Of a stretch of 64,000 nucleotides of DNA, positions 27,371-37,059 are shown in pieces. Location of the stretch: the NCBI GenBank assembly GCA_036679645.1, contig JAZDCY010000014.1, positions 64,001 to 128,000 of the forward strand, in the 5' to 3' direction. How positions within the stretch are numbered: the stretch's first letter is position 1; each line of letters starts with the position of its first letter. The position numbers were made by a program, and so were the translations under genes. Below the pieces are notes generated by a model. It did no database searches, was not told where the DNA came from, and saw only the letters and a program-made list of their open reading frames with translations. Origin of the DNA: Gemmatimonadota bacterium (lineage in GTDB: Bacteria > Gemmatimonadota > Gemmatimonadetes > Gemmatimonadales > GWC2-71-9).

Positions 27371-29089
27371 CTAGGCAAACTCGGGTGGGTGACGCCGGTG
27401 AAAATCGGTCGCGTCCTGAAACGCCTTTGCGACCGCGAGCACTTGCGCGTCGCCATGCATCGTTCCGATGAACGAGATGCTCGTAGGCGTACCGCTCTCC
27501 CGGAACCCGTTGGGCAGGACGACGCATGGATGCCCGGTGAGATTCGTGATCTGCAGTAGCCTGGGGGCAAACGACGGTGCGATGAACACATCGACGTTGC
27601 CAAACAGATCGTCCATCGCCTCCATCAGCAGCGTGCGGAGGCGATTGGCCTGGATGTACTCGACGGCGGGTACCAGTCGCGACTGCCGGAAGACGTTGGG
27701 CCATGCGCGCCGCTGCTGGCGCACGAGCAAGTCGTCCTGTCCGGTGCGCGTCAGCTCGTCGAACGCGGCCGCTGCCTCGGCGCTCAGGATGAAGCCCATC
27801 GCCTGTGTGGGATACGCATCGTTACTCGGCAGCTCGACATCGACCAGACTAGGTACGAGGGATCGCATCGTCTCGAGCGATTGATCGTCAATCGCTTGCC
27901 ACTCGGCCCCTCTCTCGCCGCGGTCGCGCTCGAATGCGCTCTGCAAGTACCCGATACGGATCCCGGCGGTGCCGGCGGTACCGTCCCAGTTGAACGGGAC
28001 ATCCTTCACGGTCGGATCCTTGCCGTCCGGTCCATGGATCGCGTGCATCACGAGAGCGCAGTCCTCGACGGCGCGGCAGATGGGACCCAGCTTGTCCATG
28101 CTCCACGAGAGCGCCATCGCTCCGGCGCGGCTTACCCAGCCGAACGAGGGCCGGAAACCCGTGGCCCCGCACCGCGTCGACGGGGAGACGATCGAGCCCA
28201 GGGTCTCGCTCCCGATCGAGAAGCCCACTAGCCCCGCCACGGTCGCCGAAGCCGGTCCCGCCGACGACCCGCTCGACCCCTGCTCGAGATTCCACGGGTT
28301 GCGCGTCCGGCCGCCATACCACACGTCACCCCAGGCCAGCGCGCCGAGCGTGAGCTTCGCGACGAGCACCGCACCCGCGTCGTCGAGCCGACTCACGACG
28401 GTGGCGTTATCGTCGATTTGTCGCTCCTCGAACGGTTTCGCGCCCCAGGTGGTCCGATAGCCGGTGGCGGCGAGCAGGTCCTTTGCACCCCACGGAATAC
28501 CATGGAGCGGTCCGCGATAACGGCCGGCGGCGATCTCCCTGTCCGCCTCCCGGGCCATCGTCATCGCCCGTTCCTCGGTCAACTCGATCACGCATTCCAA
28601 CCGCGGCCCGTGAGTCTTGAGCCGGTTCAGGTACATCTGAGTCAGCTGGACCGACGTGACCCGCCGCGTGCGTACCAACTCTGCCAACTCGACAACCGAG
28701 AGAAACGCCAGCTCCTCGAGATTCGCGGTCACGCGGGGCAAGCGCGCCGGGCGGCTCGTCACGAGCGGCGTGCGCTCCGTTGGCAGATTGCGCGGGACGA
28801 CCGGATCGAAGGAGAGCGCGGGTCGCACCTGGTTGGGAATCGAAACCGACCGGAGCCGCTCGTAGGCCTCGAGGTTGTCGTTGAGATCCTCGAGCATGAG
28901 CTCGCGCTCTTCGTCAGTGAAGTCGAGGCCAGCTACCGCCTCAGCGTCGGCGAGCATCTCCTTGGTGATCTCGCCCTCGTCTTGAACGCGTCCCCACAGG
29001 ACGCCGGGGAAGAGCGTCGTGCCGAGGCCAAGACCGGAGAAGTAGCCCATGAAGGCGCGGCGATCGAGATCAGAAGCACGAGGAGGCAT
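27371..29089 (-). CDS. Amidase-signature family amidase with Tat signal
   Basis: DRRAF twin-Arg; GPLHGIPWGAKDL, GSSGSSAG, GSETLGSIVSP. Confidence 0.92.
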   Translation of the reverse strand: MPPRASDLDRRAFMGYFSGLGLGTTLFPGVLWGRVQDEGEITKEMLADAEAVAGLDFTDEERELMLEDLNDNLEAYERLRSVSIPNQVRPALSFDPVVPRNLPTERTPLVTSRPARLPRVTANLEELAFLSVVELAELVRTRRVTSVQLTQMYLNRLKTHGPRLECVIELTEERAMTMAREADREIAAGRYRGPLHGIPWGAKDLLAATGYRTTWGAKPFEERQIDDNATVVSRLDDAGAVLVAKLTLGALAWGDVWYGGRTRNPWNLEQGSSGSSAGPASATVAGLVGFSIGSETLGSIVSPSTRCGATGFRPSFGWVSRAGAMALSWSMDKLGPICRAVEDCALVMHAIHGPDGKDPTVKDVPFNWDGTAGTAGIRIGYLQSAFERDRGERGAEWQAIDDQSLETMRSLVPSLVDVELPSNDAYPTQAMGFILSAEAAAAFDELTRTGQDDLLVRQQRRAWPNVFRQSRLVPAVEYIQANRLRTLLMEAMDDLFGNVDVFIAPSFAPRLLQITNLTGHPCVVLPNGFRESGTPTSISFIGTMHGDAQVLAVAKAFQDATDFHRRHPPEFA

Positions 29090-29166
29090 CTGGCTTATTC
29101 CGGTTAGAGGAACCTCATACCAATAGGACAATCGTGCTGCGACAACAGCATCGGCGCAAGAGCGAG

Positions 29167-29194
29167 AGAGTGCAGAGTGCAGAGTGCAGAGTGC
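29167..29194 (+). repeat. Heptamer tandem repeat (AGAGTGC)x4
   Basis: Four perfect units, 24 nt beyond the four-helix-bundle stop codon. Confidence 0.9.
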
Positions 29195-29218
29195 AGAACG
29201 GACTTCCGACCTACACGG

Positions 29219-29599
29219 TCACCGGTTGCTTGCGCTCTTCTTGGCAGTTCGGATGCTTGTGACGAATATCGCTGTCAACTCGTCGCATTCTTGGACGATC
29301 TCACTGGTTTCGAGACGCCGTTCGTATACGTAGTCCGCCAGCCGCAACCAAACCGATGTTTCGCGCAGTTCTTTCAGGCAAAGATGCATCTTGTGCGCAA
29401 AATCCCTGGGAGATTCGGCGCCTCGTGCCTCTGCGTAGTTGGCGGCCGGCGACGTAGCTGATCGAACGAGTTGCCTGCTCAGATGCACGCCAACCACATC
29501 TCGCGGAATCCGGCGCATCATCCTGCAAACATTGGCGCTGAACCTTAGTAGTCGGTCTTCGAGCGCCGCTGGTGAGCGACGCGCTGGAGTTCGTAACAT
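29219..29599 (-). CDS. Four-helix-bundle protein (23S rRNA IVP-like / TIGR02436-type)
   Basis: LEDRLLRF, QLVRSATSPAANYAEA..AESPRDFAHKM..CLKELRET..WL, ECDELTAIF. Confidence 0.9.
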   Translation of the reverse strand: MLRTPARRSPAALEDRLLRFSANVCRMMRRIPRDVVGVHLSRQLVRSATSPAANYAEARGAESPRDFAHKMHLCLKELRETSVWLRLADYVYERRLETSEIVQECDELTAIFVTSIRTAKKSASNR

Positions 29600-29636
29600 T
29601 CTGCGATCTGCAATCTGCAATCAGTAATCTGCAATC
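29600..29636 (+). repeat. Heptamer tandem repeat (TCTGCAA consensus) x5, inverted relative to 29167-29194
   Basis: tctgcga-tctgcaa-tctgcaa-tcagtaa-tctgcaa directly abutting the ATG of the four-helix gene. Confidence 0.88.
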
Positions 29637-29677
29637 ACTCCGACTCACTCGTGATCAAAACTACGCGTCATGAGTCT

Positions 29678-32284
29678 TCAGGACCCATCCCCTCGGGAAA
29701 GCGTCGCCATCCAGTTGAGCACGACGCTCACCGAACGCGGCGCAGATTCATCGACCGTCTTCACGACCAGCAAACTCCCGTTGGGTGCAACGTGCCAGCT
29801 CACCAGGCCTTCTATCCGAGGAAGCGCCTCGGCCCGGCCTACGGTGCCTGTTGCCAGATCGACCGGAGCACGAAAGATCTGTCGCGAGCGCTGGTAGTAG
29901 ATTGCACGGCCGTCGGGAGCCCACTGGGGATTCTCGCCACCGTCGAGCGAAACCCGCTCTCGCCTCGGCCCCCGGTCGAGCGGGAACGGAACGAGATACA
30001 CCTCGTCCCGTCCTGATTCGTTGGACTGGTACGCGATCCAGTCGCCATCGGGAGAGAAGCCGCCTACTCGCTGAGCGCCGGGCCCACCGAGGAACGTGGC
30101 AGCCGTATCGTCCGAAGACGGCGAGAACTTCGCGACCTTCAGGTCGCGGTGCTCATCGTAGAGCAGATACAGACCGTCCGGGGACAACCCACCAGGCCGC
30201 TTGTCGCGGGACGAAGTAATCACTAACTCCTCCGGCGCGCTTGCGTTCGCCACCCGCTTGAAGACATCGAACTGTGGCACATCCCGCCGATATACTACCT
30301 CGCGCGAGTCAGGCGTCCAGATCAACCAATTTTCGATCTGCTCACTATTGGTAAGCCGCGTAAAAAAGCGCCGCGAGAGATCGAACGTCCAGACATCACC
30401 GTCGCGCACGACCGCCAGCTGTGTTCCGTCTGGAGACGGCACCGCCTCCCGATACCGGGCGGCCGAGTCGACCGCTGGTCTTTCGACACCTGCGTCGTCG
30501 ATCCATCGAATGGCACGATCCGCCGAGCCGGCTTTCAGATAGGCGAGTGTCCCGTCTCCGCCAAGAGCGAAAGCCGCGGAGCCGCTCGTGGGAGTGAATA
30601 GCACATCCTGAAGCACGGGAGCCGGGGTTCCCGCCGTTTCCATGCGACGGAGGTCGAACAGCACGGCCATTATGGCCGATCCGCGCATGAAGAAGAGGTA
30701 GCCATCCGCGTACCGTCCGAAGTAACCACCCTCCTGAATGACGGTGCGTTTGCCACTCTCGAGCGAGAGGACCTCGAGCCAGGAACGATCCGCCGGCGTC
30801 GTGAAGTTGGTGAACAGCACGTGGTCGCCATCCGGGAGCACCTGCGGCCACCAGTGACCCAGGCGGCCCTGCTCCCGCTCGGGTCGGGTCAGCTCGGTCG
30901 TATCCCGGCCTTCTGCCGAAACGCGCCAGAGACCGTCATCATAGTCCGGCGTATAGATCACGGCTTCGCTGCCAAGCCACGCAAGGTGCCCCCAGGCAGC
31001 GCGACTCAGCGCGATGCGCGCTCCGCCAGCGACGGGCGTCTTGTAGAGGGTCCCGTCGGTGCTGAAGGCAAGCCACCGACTATCTGCCGAGAAGGCCACG
31101 TTACCGGTCACGCCCTGGGTTTCCGGCACGATGTAGACCGAATCCTCATCGAGATTCCGCATCAGCACGTGCTTGACGCCATCGACCTCGGCGGTCAGCG
31201 CAAGCGTGCGGCCGTTCCGGCTCAACGCAACCTGATTCTCTCCGACAAGGGGCGTCCCGGGCGGTAGGACCACTGATAGTCGTGTTGTAAGTGGAAACAG
31301 GGAGCGCTCGGCGGATCGAAATGCCAGCATCAACGTCACGATGGCCAACAGCCCCGCGACTCCCCACGCGATGGCAGGGCGACGCCAAAACGGTACCTCG
31401 ATCGCGCGCGATTGCACCGATCCGTCTCCGAACGTGGCCAGCGGTCCCGCACCGGCGTGGGCCAATGCGTCGGCGAATGCCGCGGCGTCGGAAAACCGAT
31501 CCGCGGGAAGCTTCTGTAGTGCAGCGTGCACCGCCACGGCTACGTGGTCGGGTACGGTCTTGCGCAGTGTTCGCACCGGTTCCGGCTCGGACGCCAGCAC
31601 CTTGGCCACGATTGCCTGTGCCGTGGGGCCGGTGAAGGGCGGTTCGCCCGTCAACATCTCGTACAGCGTGGCACCCAGCGCGTACACGTCACTCCGCGCA
31701 TCCAGGTCCCGCTCCCCCATGGCCTGTTCGGGACTCATGTAGTGCGGCGTGCCGAGTGACATGCCCGTCTCGGTCATACGCGTGCCCCCCGCACTGCTCG
31801 CTGCCAGCGCAATCCCAAAATCCGCGACGAGCGCCTGTCCGTCGTGCAGCAGGATGTTCTCGGGCTTGATGTCGCGGTGGATGATGTCCTTGCGGTGCGC
31901 GTAGTCGAGCGCTGCCGCTACTTCCGTCGCGATGCGCAGGGCGTCGGCGATCGGCAGTTGTTTCTCGCGATCGAGCCGGTCACGCAGCGACTCGCCCTCG
32001 ACGAACGGCATCACGTAGAAAACCGTCCCGTCCACTTCGCCCGAGTCGTGCAAGGGCAGGATATGCGGATGCTGCAGATTCGCGGTGGTCTTGATCTCGG
32101 CGAGGAACCGGTCGGCCCCGATTACCGCGGCGAGTTCGGGCCGCAGCACCTTGAGCGCCACGTTGCGATCGTGCTTGACGTCGTGTGCGAGATAGACGGT
32201 GGCCATTCCACCTGCGCCGAGTTCGCGATCGATCTTGTAACGATCGGCGATCGCTGCAGATAGGCGTTCCATTGCTTCGCTCAT
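29678..32284 (-). CDS. Hanks-type Ser/Thr protein kinase with TM helix and TolB/PD40 beta-propeller
   Basis: LGAGGMATVY, ALKVL, HRDIKPEN, DFG, GTPHYMSPEQ; repeated SPDG motifs. Confidence 0.95.
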   Translation of the reverse strand: MSEAMERLSAAIADRYKIDRELGAGGMATVYLAHDVKHDRNVALKVLRPELAAVIGADRFLAEIKTTANLQHPHILPLHDSGEVDGTVFYVMPFVEGESLRDRLDREKQLPIADALRIATEVAAALDYAHRKDIIHRDIKPENILLHDGQALVADFGIALAASSAGGTRMTETGMSLGTPHYMSPEQAMGERDLDARSDVYALGATLYEMLTGEPPFTGPTAQAIVAKVLASEPEPVRTLRKTVPDHVAVAVHAALQKLPADRFSDAAAFADALAHAGAGPLATFGDGSVQSRAIEVPFWRRPAIAWGVAGLLAIVTLMLAFRSAERSLFPLTTRLSVVLPPGTPLVGENQVALSRNGRTLALTAEVDGVKHVLMRNLDEDSVYIVPETQGVTGNVAFSADSRWLAFSTDGTLYKTPVAGGARIALSRAAWGHLAWLGSEAVIYTPDYDDGLWRVSAEGRDTTELTRPEREQGRLGHWWPQVLPDGDHVLFTNFTTPADRSWLEVLSLESGKRTVIQEGGYFGRYADGYLFFMRGSAIMAVLFDLRRMETAGTPAPVLQDVLFTPTSGSAAFALGGDGTLAYLKAGSADRAIRWIDDAGVERPAVDSAARYREAVPSPDGTQLAVVRDGDVWTFDLSRRFFTRLTNSEQIENWLIWTPDSREVVYRRDVPQFDVFKRVANASAPEELVITSSRDKRPGGLSPDGLYLLYDEHRDLKVAKFSPSSDDTAATFLGGPGAQRVGGFSPDGDWIAYQSNESGRDEVYLVPFPLDRGPRRERVSLDGGENPQWAPDGRAIYYQRSRQIFRAPVDLATGTVGRAEALPRIEGLVSWHVAPNGSLLVVKTVDESAPRSVSVVLNWMATLSRGDGS

Positions 32285-32335
32285 GTCACCATGAAAGGCA
32301 GAGGAATTGCAGATTACTGAAATCGGCGGCGATGT

Positions 32336-32740
32336 TCACGCGTCAGGCTCCGTTCGCACAATTCCCTTGATCAAATCGAAGTCCCGGTCATAGCTGCATA
32401 CCGCCTCGAGACCCTCCGCCATGACGACCGCGGCGTGCAGCGCGTCGCGCGCCATGATCTGAAGATCGCTGTCGAGCAAGCGCCGCGCACGATCGAGAAC
32501 GTTGGCGGTCACCGGGACGACCGCGGGGAAGATCTGCCGGGTGAAACCGAACACGCGGCGCCCGTCATCCCAGCGCCCGATGGCCCGGTACCGATGCAAG
32601 ATCTCTTGCAGCACCTCGGCGTCAATCGTGGCCTCCACCTCACCACCGGCCACCCGCTCGAGCAACGCGACGCTCGGCCCCTTGTGAGGGTGGTCTGCAC
32701 CGGCCGCGTACATGATGACGTTTGTGTCGACGAGGATCAC
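32336..32740 (-). CDS. vapC: VapC PIN-domain toxin
   Basis: MILVDTN, EVLQE, RDALHAA, SYDRDFD. Confidence 0.9.
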   Translation of the reverse strand: MILVDTNVIMYAAGADHPHKGPSVALLERVAGGEVEATIDAEVLQEILHRYRAIGRWDDGRRVFGFTRQIFPAVVPVTANVLDRARRLLDSDLQIMARDALHAAVVMAEGLEAVCSYDRDFDLIKGIVRTEPDA

Positions 32741-32988
32741 GGCAGGAGCGAGTCCGGGTCGGGCTGCGATTCGCGCTTCAATTGACCTGGCGAGCCGACG
32801 GGCAAGTCGAGCGCCGCCAGCGCGCCGACCGCTTCGAGCCGAGCTGCACTGCCGATCACGCCGTAGCGCACCTCGCAGGCCTCGCGCACTAGTTCACCGA
32901 GGCTCACGCCGCGCCGCGCCGCCAGTTGAGAAAGCCGCGTATGCAATTCGGGAGAGAAAAGGATGGTCGTCTTTTTGGAAAGCTCCAT
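32737..32988 (-). CDS. vapB: Ribbon-helix-helix antitoxin (VapB/CopG-like)
   Basis: KKTTILF...LSQLAARRGVSLGELVREA; 4-nt overlap with the toxin. An alternative ATG lies at 33000. Confidence 0.85.
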   Translation of the reverse strand: MELSKKTTILFSPELHTRLSQLAARRGVSLGELVREACEVRYGVIGSAARLEAVGALAALDLPVGSPGQLKRESQPDPDSLLP

Positions 32989-32994
32989 ATCCAC

Positions 32995-33034
32995 CTCCAT
33001 ATATGGAGAATATCGCGCGTGATTCTGAGGTCAA
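32995..33034 (-). promoter_or_regulatory. TA promoter (TTGACC-16-TATTCT) with 14-bp palindromic operator CTCCATATATGGAG
   Basis: Perfect palindrome at 32995-33008 overlapping the RBS and start region. Confidence 0.65.
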
Positions 33035-33194
33035 GGCGTTGACGTCCGGATCGCGGCGCCGCCAAGAAGCACATACGGGACTAGACTAGTCTCAATTGTA
33101 CCCGGCGGATACCTTTTCCCCCCTCTGAGCAACCACCCCAAGGACGTAGCAGAGCATAGACGGCAACTCAGGTACCCACTCTTCGGAGGACTTC

Positions 33195-33956
33195 ATGCGC
33201 ACCAAGACGCTGCTCTTTACCGCCCTCGCGGCCGCGGCGTTCGCCGCAGGCAGTCAGGCCCTTGCCGCGCAGCAGACTGTCGCGCGGCTCTACGTGATCA
33301 AGCCTCAACCCGGACATGAGGTGCTGTTCGAAGCGGCGCTTGCCGAGCATGCGGAGTGGCGACGCCAGAACAACGACCCGTGGAGCTGGAGTGTGGCCCA
33401 AGTAGTGGCCGGCAACGACCTCGGGCTGTGGCACATCCGATCAGGCGAACATCAGTGGGCCGACTTCGACGGCTACGACGCGGGGTTCGTGCCGGCGGCG
33501 ACCGAGCACTGGATGACCAACGTGAACCCGCACGTGGCGAACGCCGCGAGCATGATCATGACGGGCGACACCACTAACCTTAGGTGGCCGGACGACCCCT
33601 CGGCGGTACGATTCGTGACGCTGATCGACTTCTACCTGAGGCCGGGACAGCAACAGGCTTTCTTCGAGGTGGTTAGCAAGTTCCACGAAGCCATCGTGCA
33701 GACCGACTTCCACGCCTACTACTCGTTCAACTGGTCGGTTGCAGGTGGCCCTGGCGACATGATCAGACTAGTTCTGCCGTACGAAAACTGGGCGGACATG
33801 GCTCCGCCGGAGACGACAATGGCCGCCATGCTTGCGGAGGTGTATGGACCGGAAGAGGCCCAGGCCATGAACGAGCGGTTCAGCAACACGTTACGACGTA
33901 GCCAGACGACGGTCCTCATGATACGGCCCGACTTGTCGGTCAATATGGAGATGTAG
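33195..33956 (+). CDS. Secreted hypothetical protein (two NIPSNAP-like alpha/beta-barrel repeats)
   Basis: GGAGG RBS, signal peptide ending ALA, two similar halves (KPQPGHEVLFE / LRPGQQQAFFE; WADFD / WADMA). Confidence 0.7.
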   Translation: MRTKTLLFTALAAAAFAAGSQALAAQQTVARLYVIKPQPGHEVLFEAALAEHAEWRRQNNDPWSWSVAQVVAGNDLGLWHIRSGEHQWADFDGYDAGFVPAATEHWMTNVNPHVANAASMIMTGDTTNLRWPDDPSAVRFVTLIDFYLRPGQQQAFFEVVSKFHEAIVQTDFHAYYSFNWSVAGGPGDMIRLVLPYENWADMAPPETTMAAMLAEVYGPEEAQAMNERFSNTLRRSQTTVLMIRPDLSVNMEM

Positions 33957-33992
33957 CCTCACGTCACTCAGTAGCGAATCCACAGGAACGCA

Positions 33993-34024
33993 TCGAGCCC
34001 GGCTGCAGCGCGAGCCGGGCTCGA
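33993..34024. terminator. 12-bp hairpin between convergent units
   Basis: TCGAGCCCGGCT-N8-AGCCGGGCTCGA. Confidence 0.55.
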
Positions 34025-34053
34025 GAATCCCTTAGCGGTTCCGATGACCCGCG

Positions 34054-34296
34054 CTATTGCCCGTCGCGGCGGTTTCATGGTGGAACGAGATGATTCATAC
34101 GCGCGTACGCGATCGACTGGCCGAGGTGCTCGTGCATATCGTTGGCCATCAGGTCGATCGCCGTGCCGAGGTCGACCTCGCGACCGAAGAACTCGACATG
34201 CCGCGCGAAGGTCCTCGTCGGTCAGACCTCTTACGAGATCCAGGAGGTGCGCTCGATCAGGACTTCGTAACGGCGGGATTCGAACTCCTGGCATAG
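34054..34296. pseudogene. Remnant: 3' end of a DinB paralog (minus strand) fused to the 3' end of a PIN toxin (plus strand)
   Basis: 34054-34250 aligns to 39330-39525, with a frameshift and TGG>TGA at 34075. 34250-34296 aligns to about 41642-41689. Confidence 0.85.
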
Positions 34297-34326
34297 GGAC
34301 GGAACGCATCGCCTTCCCCGCCACCC

Positions 34327-35988
34327 TCACCGCTGGATTCCCGACGTCACTTCACGCGCGATGACGTAGTAGTCTGGATCGAGCGCGAGCGTGGCCACAT
34401 CGGCAAGGTCGTGTGCCACAACCTGCCAGTCCTCGGTCGGGCGAATCACGGTGAAGCCGTCGCGTGACAGGGTCACGCCGACCTGCATGTCGAATCCCGG
34501 CACGACCTCGGCCCAGCGGTACCGCACCGACCCGTACTCGATCGTGTATTCCAGAACCGGGATCTGGACAGTCCGAAGATACTGATTGAAAATCCTGGAC
34601 AGATCTACGCCGGCCTCGCGGGAGATGTACTCCTCGACTTGCCATCCCATGACGGTCTGCCGCCCGAAAGTCGCGTTCAGGCCGCGCAGGATCCCGCGCC
34701 ACCGTTCGTCGTCGTCAACGATCTGGCGGATCGTGTGCAGCATGTTGCCGCCCTTGGGATACATATCGCCCGAACCTTGTGCGTTGACGTTGTACGCCGG
34801 CACGATGGGCCGGTCATTCCTGATCCCACTGCGCGTCCCGATGACGTAGCGCGCACCTGCTTCCTTCCCAAACAGGCACTCGGTATAGAGGTTCTCGGAA
34901 TAATTCGCAAAACTCTCGTGCACCCACATGTCGGCGAGATCTTTCGTCGTGATGTTGTTGCCGAACCACTCGTGTGCGCTCTCGTGCACAATGATGAAGT
35001 CCCAGCGCATGCCGAGTCCGGTTCCGGAGGCGTCCCGACCCTGGTAGCCGTTGGCGTACCGGTTACCGTAGGCGATCGCGCTCTGATGTTCCATGCCGTT
35101 GTTCGGCACCTCCACCAGCTTGTAGCCGTCCTCGTACCAGGGATAGGGCCCGAACCAGTGCTCGAAGCATTGCAGCAGCGTCTTCGCCTGGGGGAACTGC
35201 CGTCGCGCTGCGTCAAGGTGATAGTCGAGCGGCCAGAAGTCGAGCGTCAGGTCGCCTTTCTCGCCTAGGAACACGTCGCTGTAGTGCGCGTAGTGCCCAG
35301 CGGCGACGGCAACGGCGTAGTTGTTGATGGGATTCACCACGAACCATTCGTAGGTGGTAGTGCCGTCTGCGTGGGGAGTGGTGCTTCTGAGGCGCCCATT
35401 GGATACGTCGATCATCTGGCCGGGGACGGTGAGCGCGACGCGCTGGCTGTCGGGCTCGTCGGCCTGGGTGTCCTTGTTGGGCCACCACACGCTGGCGCCC
35501 ATCCCCTGGTCGGTCGTGACCACCCATGTCCGGCCCAGACTGTCCGCTGCCCAGCTGAACCCGCCCTGCCAAGGTGGGCGCACGGCAGCGTGGGGCTTCC
35601 CGTGGTAGTAGATCGTGATAGTCTCGTACGCCCCGGCCCGGCGCGGTTCCGGGAACGTCGCGAAGTAGGCGTTTCCGTCGCGGTGAAACGCCACCAGTTG
35701 GCCACTGTGCACCATGCTGTCGACGATCAATGGCTCCATCAGGTCGATTTGCATCTCACGGCCAGGCTGGAGCACGCGGTAGGTGATTCCGTTGTGGCCG
35801 CGGATGCTGCTATCGGCTGGGTTGATCGACACGTGGAGGTCGTAGAACGTCACGTCCCACCAGACCCGACCGGGCGTCGAGAACGAGCCGCGCAGCGTAT
35901 CCGCGTGGGTCCATGTCTCCGACGTCTGTGCACGAGCCTGAACGAGCGGGGCGAGGGCGAGCGCGATGGCGATCACACGTGGTCGCAT
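34327..35988 (-). CDS. Secreted M1-family aminopeptidase
   Basis: Signal peptide from ATG 35988; GMEHQS, HESAHEWFGN...WVHESFANY, MYPKG. Confidence 0.92.
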   Translation of the reverse strand: MRPRVIAIALALAPLVQARAQTSETWTHADTLRGSFSTPGRVWWDVTFYDLHVSINPADSSIRGHNGITYRVLQPGREMQIDLMEPLIVDSMVHSGQLVAFHRDGNAYFATFPEPRRAGAYETITIYYHGKPHAAVRPPWQGGFSWAADSLGRTWVVTTDQGMGASVWWPNKDTQADEPDSQRVALTVPGQMIDVSNGRLRSTTPHADGTTTYEWFVVNPINNYAVAVAAGHYAHYSDVFLGEKGDLTLDFWPLDYHLDAARRQFPQAKTLLQCFEHWFGPYPWYEDGYKLVEVPNNGMEHQSAIAYGNRYANGYQGRDASGTGLGMRWDFIIVHESAHEWFGNNITTKDLADMWVHESFANYSENLYTECLFGKEAGARYVIGTRSGIRNDRPIVPAYNVNAQGSGDMYPKGGNMLHTIRQIVDDDERWRGILRGLNATFGRQTVMGWQVEEYISREAGVDLSRIFNQYLRTVQIPVLEYTIEYGSVRYRWAEVVPGFDMQVGVTLSRDGFTVIRPTEDWQVVAHDLADVATLALDPDYYVIAREVTSGIQR

Positions 35989-36001
35989 GCGGAAAGGACG
36001 C

Positions 36002-36843
36002 CTATCGCAACCGGCGGAGTTCGGCTTCAGCGGCGATGAATCCGAACGCGGGCCACCCGCCCGAACGCACCGAGCGCTCGAACCACTCGCGGGCCCGCGC
36101 CGTATCGCCCTGCAACAGGTACCAATTGCCAACTCCGTAGCTCAGCGTCGCCACCGCGACGTCGCCCGTGTCGGCCGGCGTGAGGACCTCGTCCGGACCG
36201 ATCAGTCCGCGATACAACCTGATGCGCTGCACGTACGCGTTCTCCACCGGCAACGAGTCGCCTTCCACCGCGAGCATCGCGTTCGCTTCGTCGGACCGCC
36301 CGGCTCGCGACAGCGACATCCACAGCCAATCGATGGAGCCCGCACGCTCGCCGCCGCCACCCAGTGCAATCGGGAGCGCGCGGGCAAACAATTCCGCCGC
36401 GCTCGAGAACTCCCCAGTTACGAATCGGACAATCCCCAGATGGTAGAGCACGCCGTAGTTGGTGGGATCGAGCGCGAGCCCACGGTCCAGGTCCGCGCGC
36501 GCGAGGTCGAGTTCGCGAACCGACAGGTGGCGGTGGCCACGCCAACGATACAGCACCGGGTTGTCGGGCTCAATCTCGAGACCGCGGGTAAACGTGGCGA
36601 TCGCCTCCTGGTATTGCCGGATTCCGGACTGCGCAAGACCGAGTGCAATAATGCGTTCGACGTTGCGCGGAGCGGCGGCCAACGCGGACTTGGCGTGGGC
36701 CACGGCCCCCGTGTCAGGTAACGAGACGTACGCAACGCCGGCCGGAGAACGATACTGCGTCGTCGGCCGACCGTGATCGTCGGCCCGAGGAGGGCCAAGG
36801 CAAAAAACGTCGTCAGGGTCGTGATCGCATGGCGTGCGCGCAT
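36002..36843 (-). pseudogene. Secreted TPR protein with a 1-nt frameshift right after the signal peptide
   Basis: The signal peptide ORF (ATG 36843) and the TPR ORF are in different frames. One added base at 36764/36765 gives ...TVGQTTQYRSPAGVAYVSLPDTGAVAHAK. Confidence 0.75.
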
Positions 36844-37059
36844 CCAGCCAGCTCCGGTAACGGGGTCCCTAATGTGATGCTGAGGTACGCCGAGCGGAAC
36901 CGCATACCGGAGCCATGGCGGGAGGTCCGTCTATCGGCCGCTCGCGCCGCTCCCTAGCTTAGAGGGCGCTCGCGATAACTCGATCACATCCAACCGCCAC
37001 GTTTAAGGCTATCGAGGCGACCCCGGGCGACAACTGACTTGGACTGACGCCCGAACCCG

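Noticed and set aside
29219..29599. DGR accessory gene avd implying a diversity-generating retroelement
   Set aside because: No reverse transcriptase and no TR/VR pair with adenine-specific mismatches. The 34054/39330 repeat differs mostly at synonymous sites.
29167..29636. Heptamer arrays (also 55412-55494) as CRISPR repeats
   Set aside because: The units are 7 nt and contiguous, with no unique spacers and no cas genes.
36850..37059. yybP-ykoY riboswitch or MntR box upstream of mntH
   Set aside because: No convincing consensus could be identified by eye.
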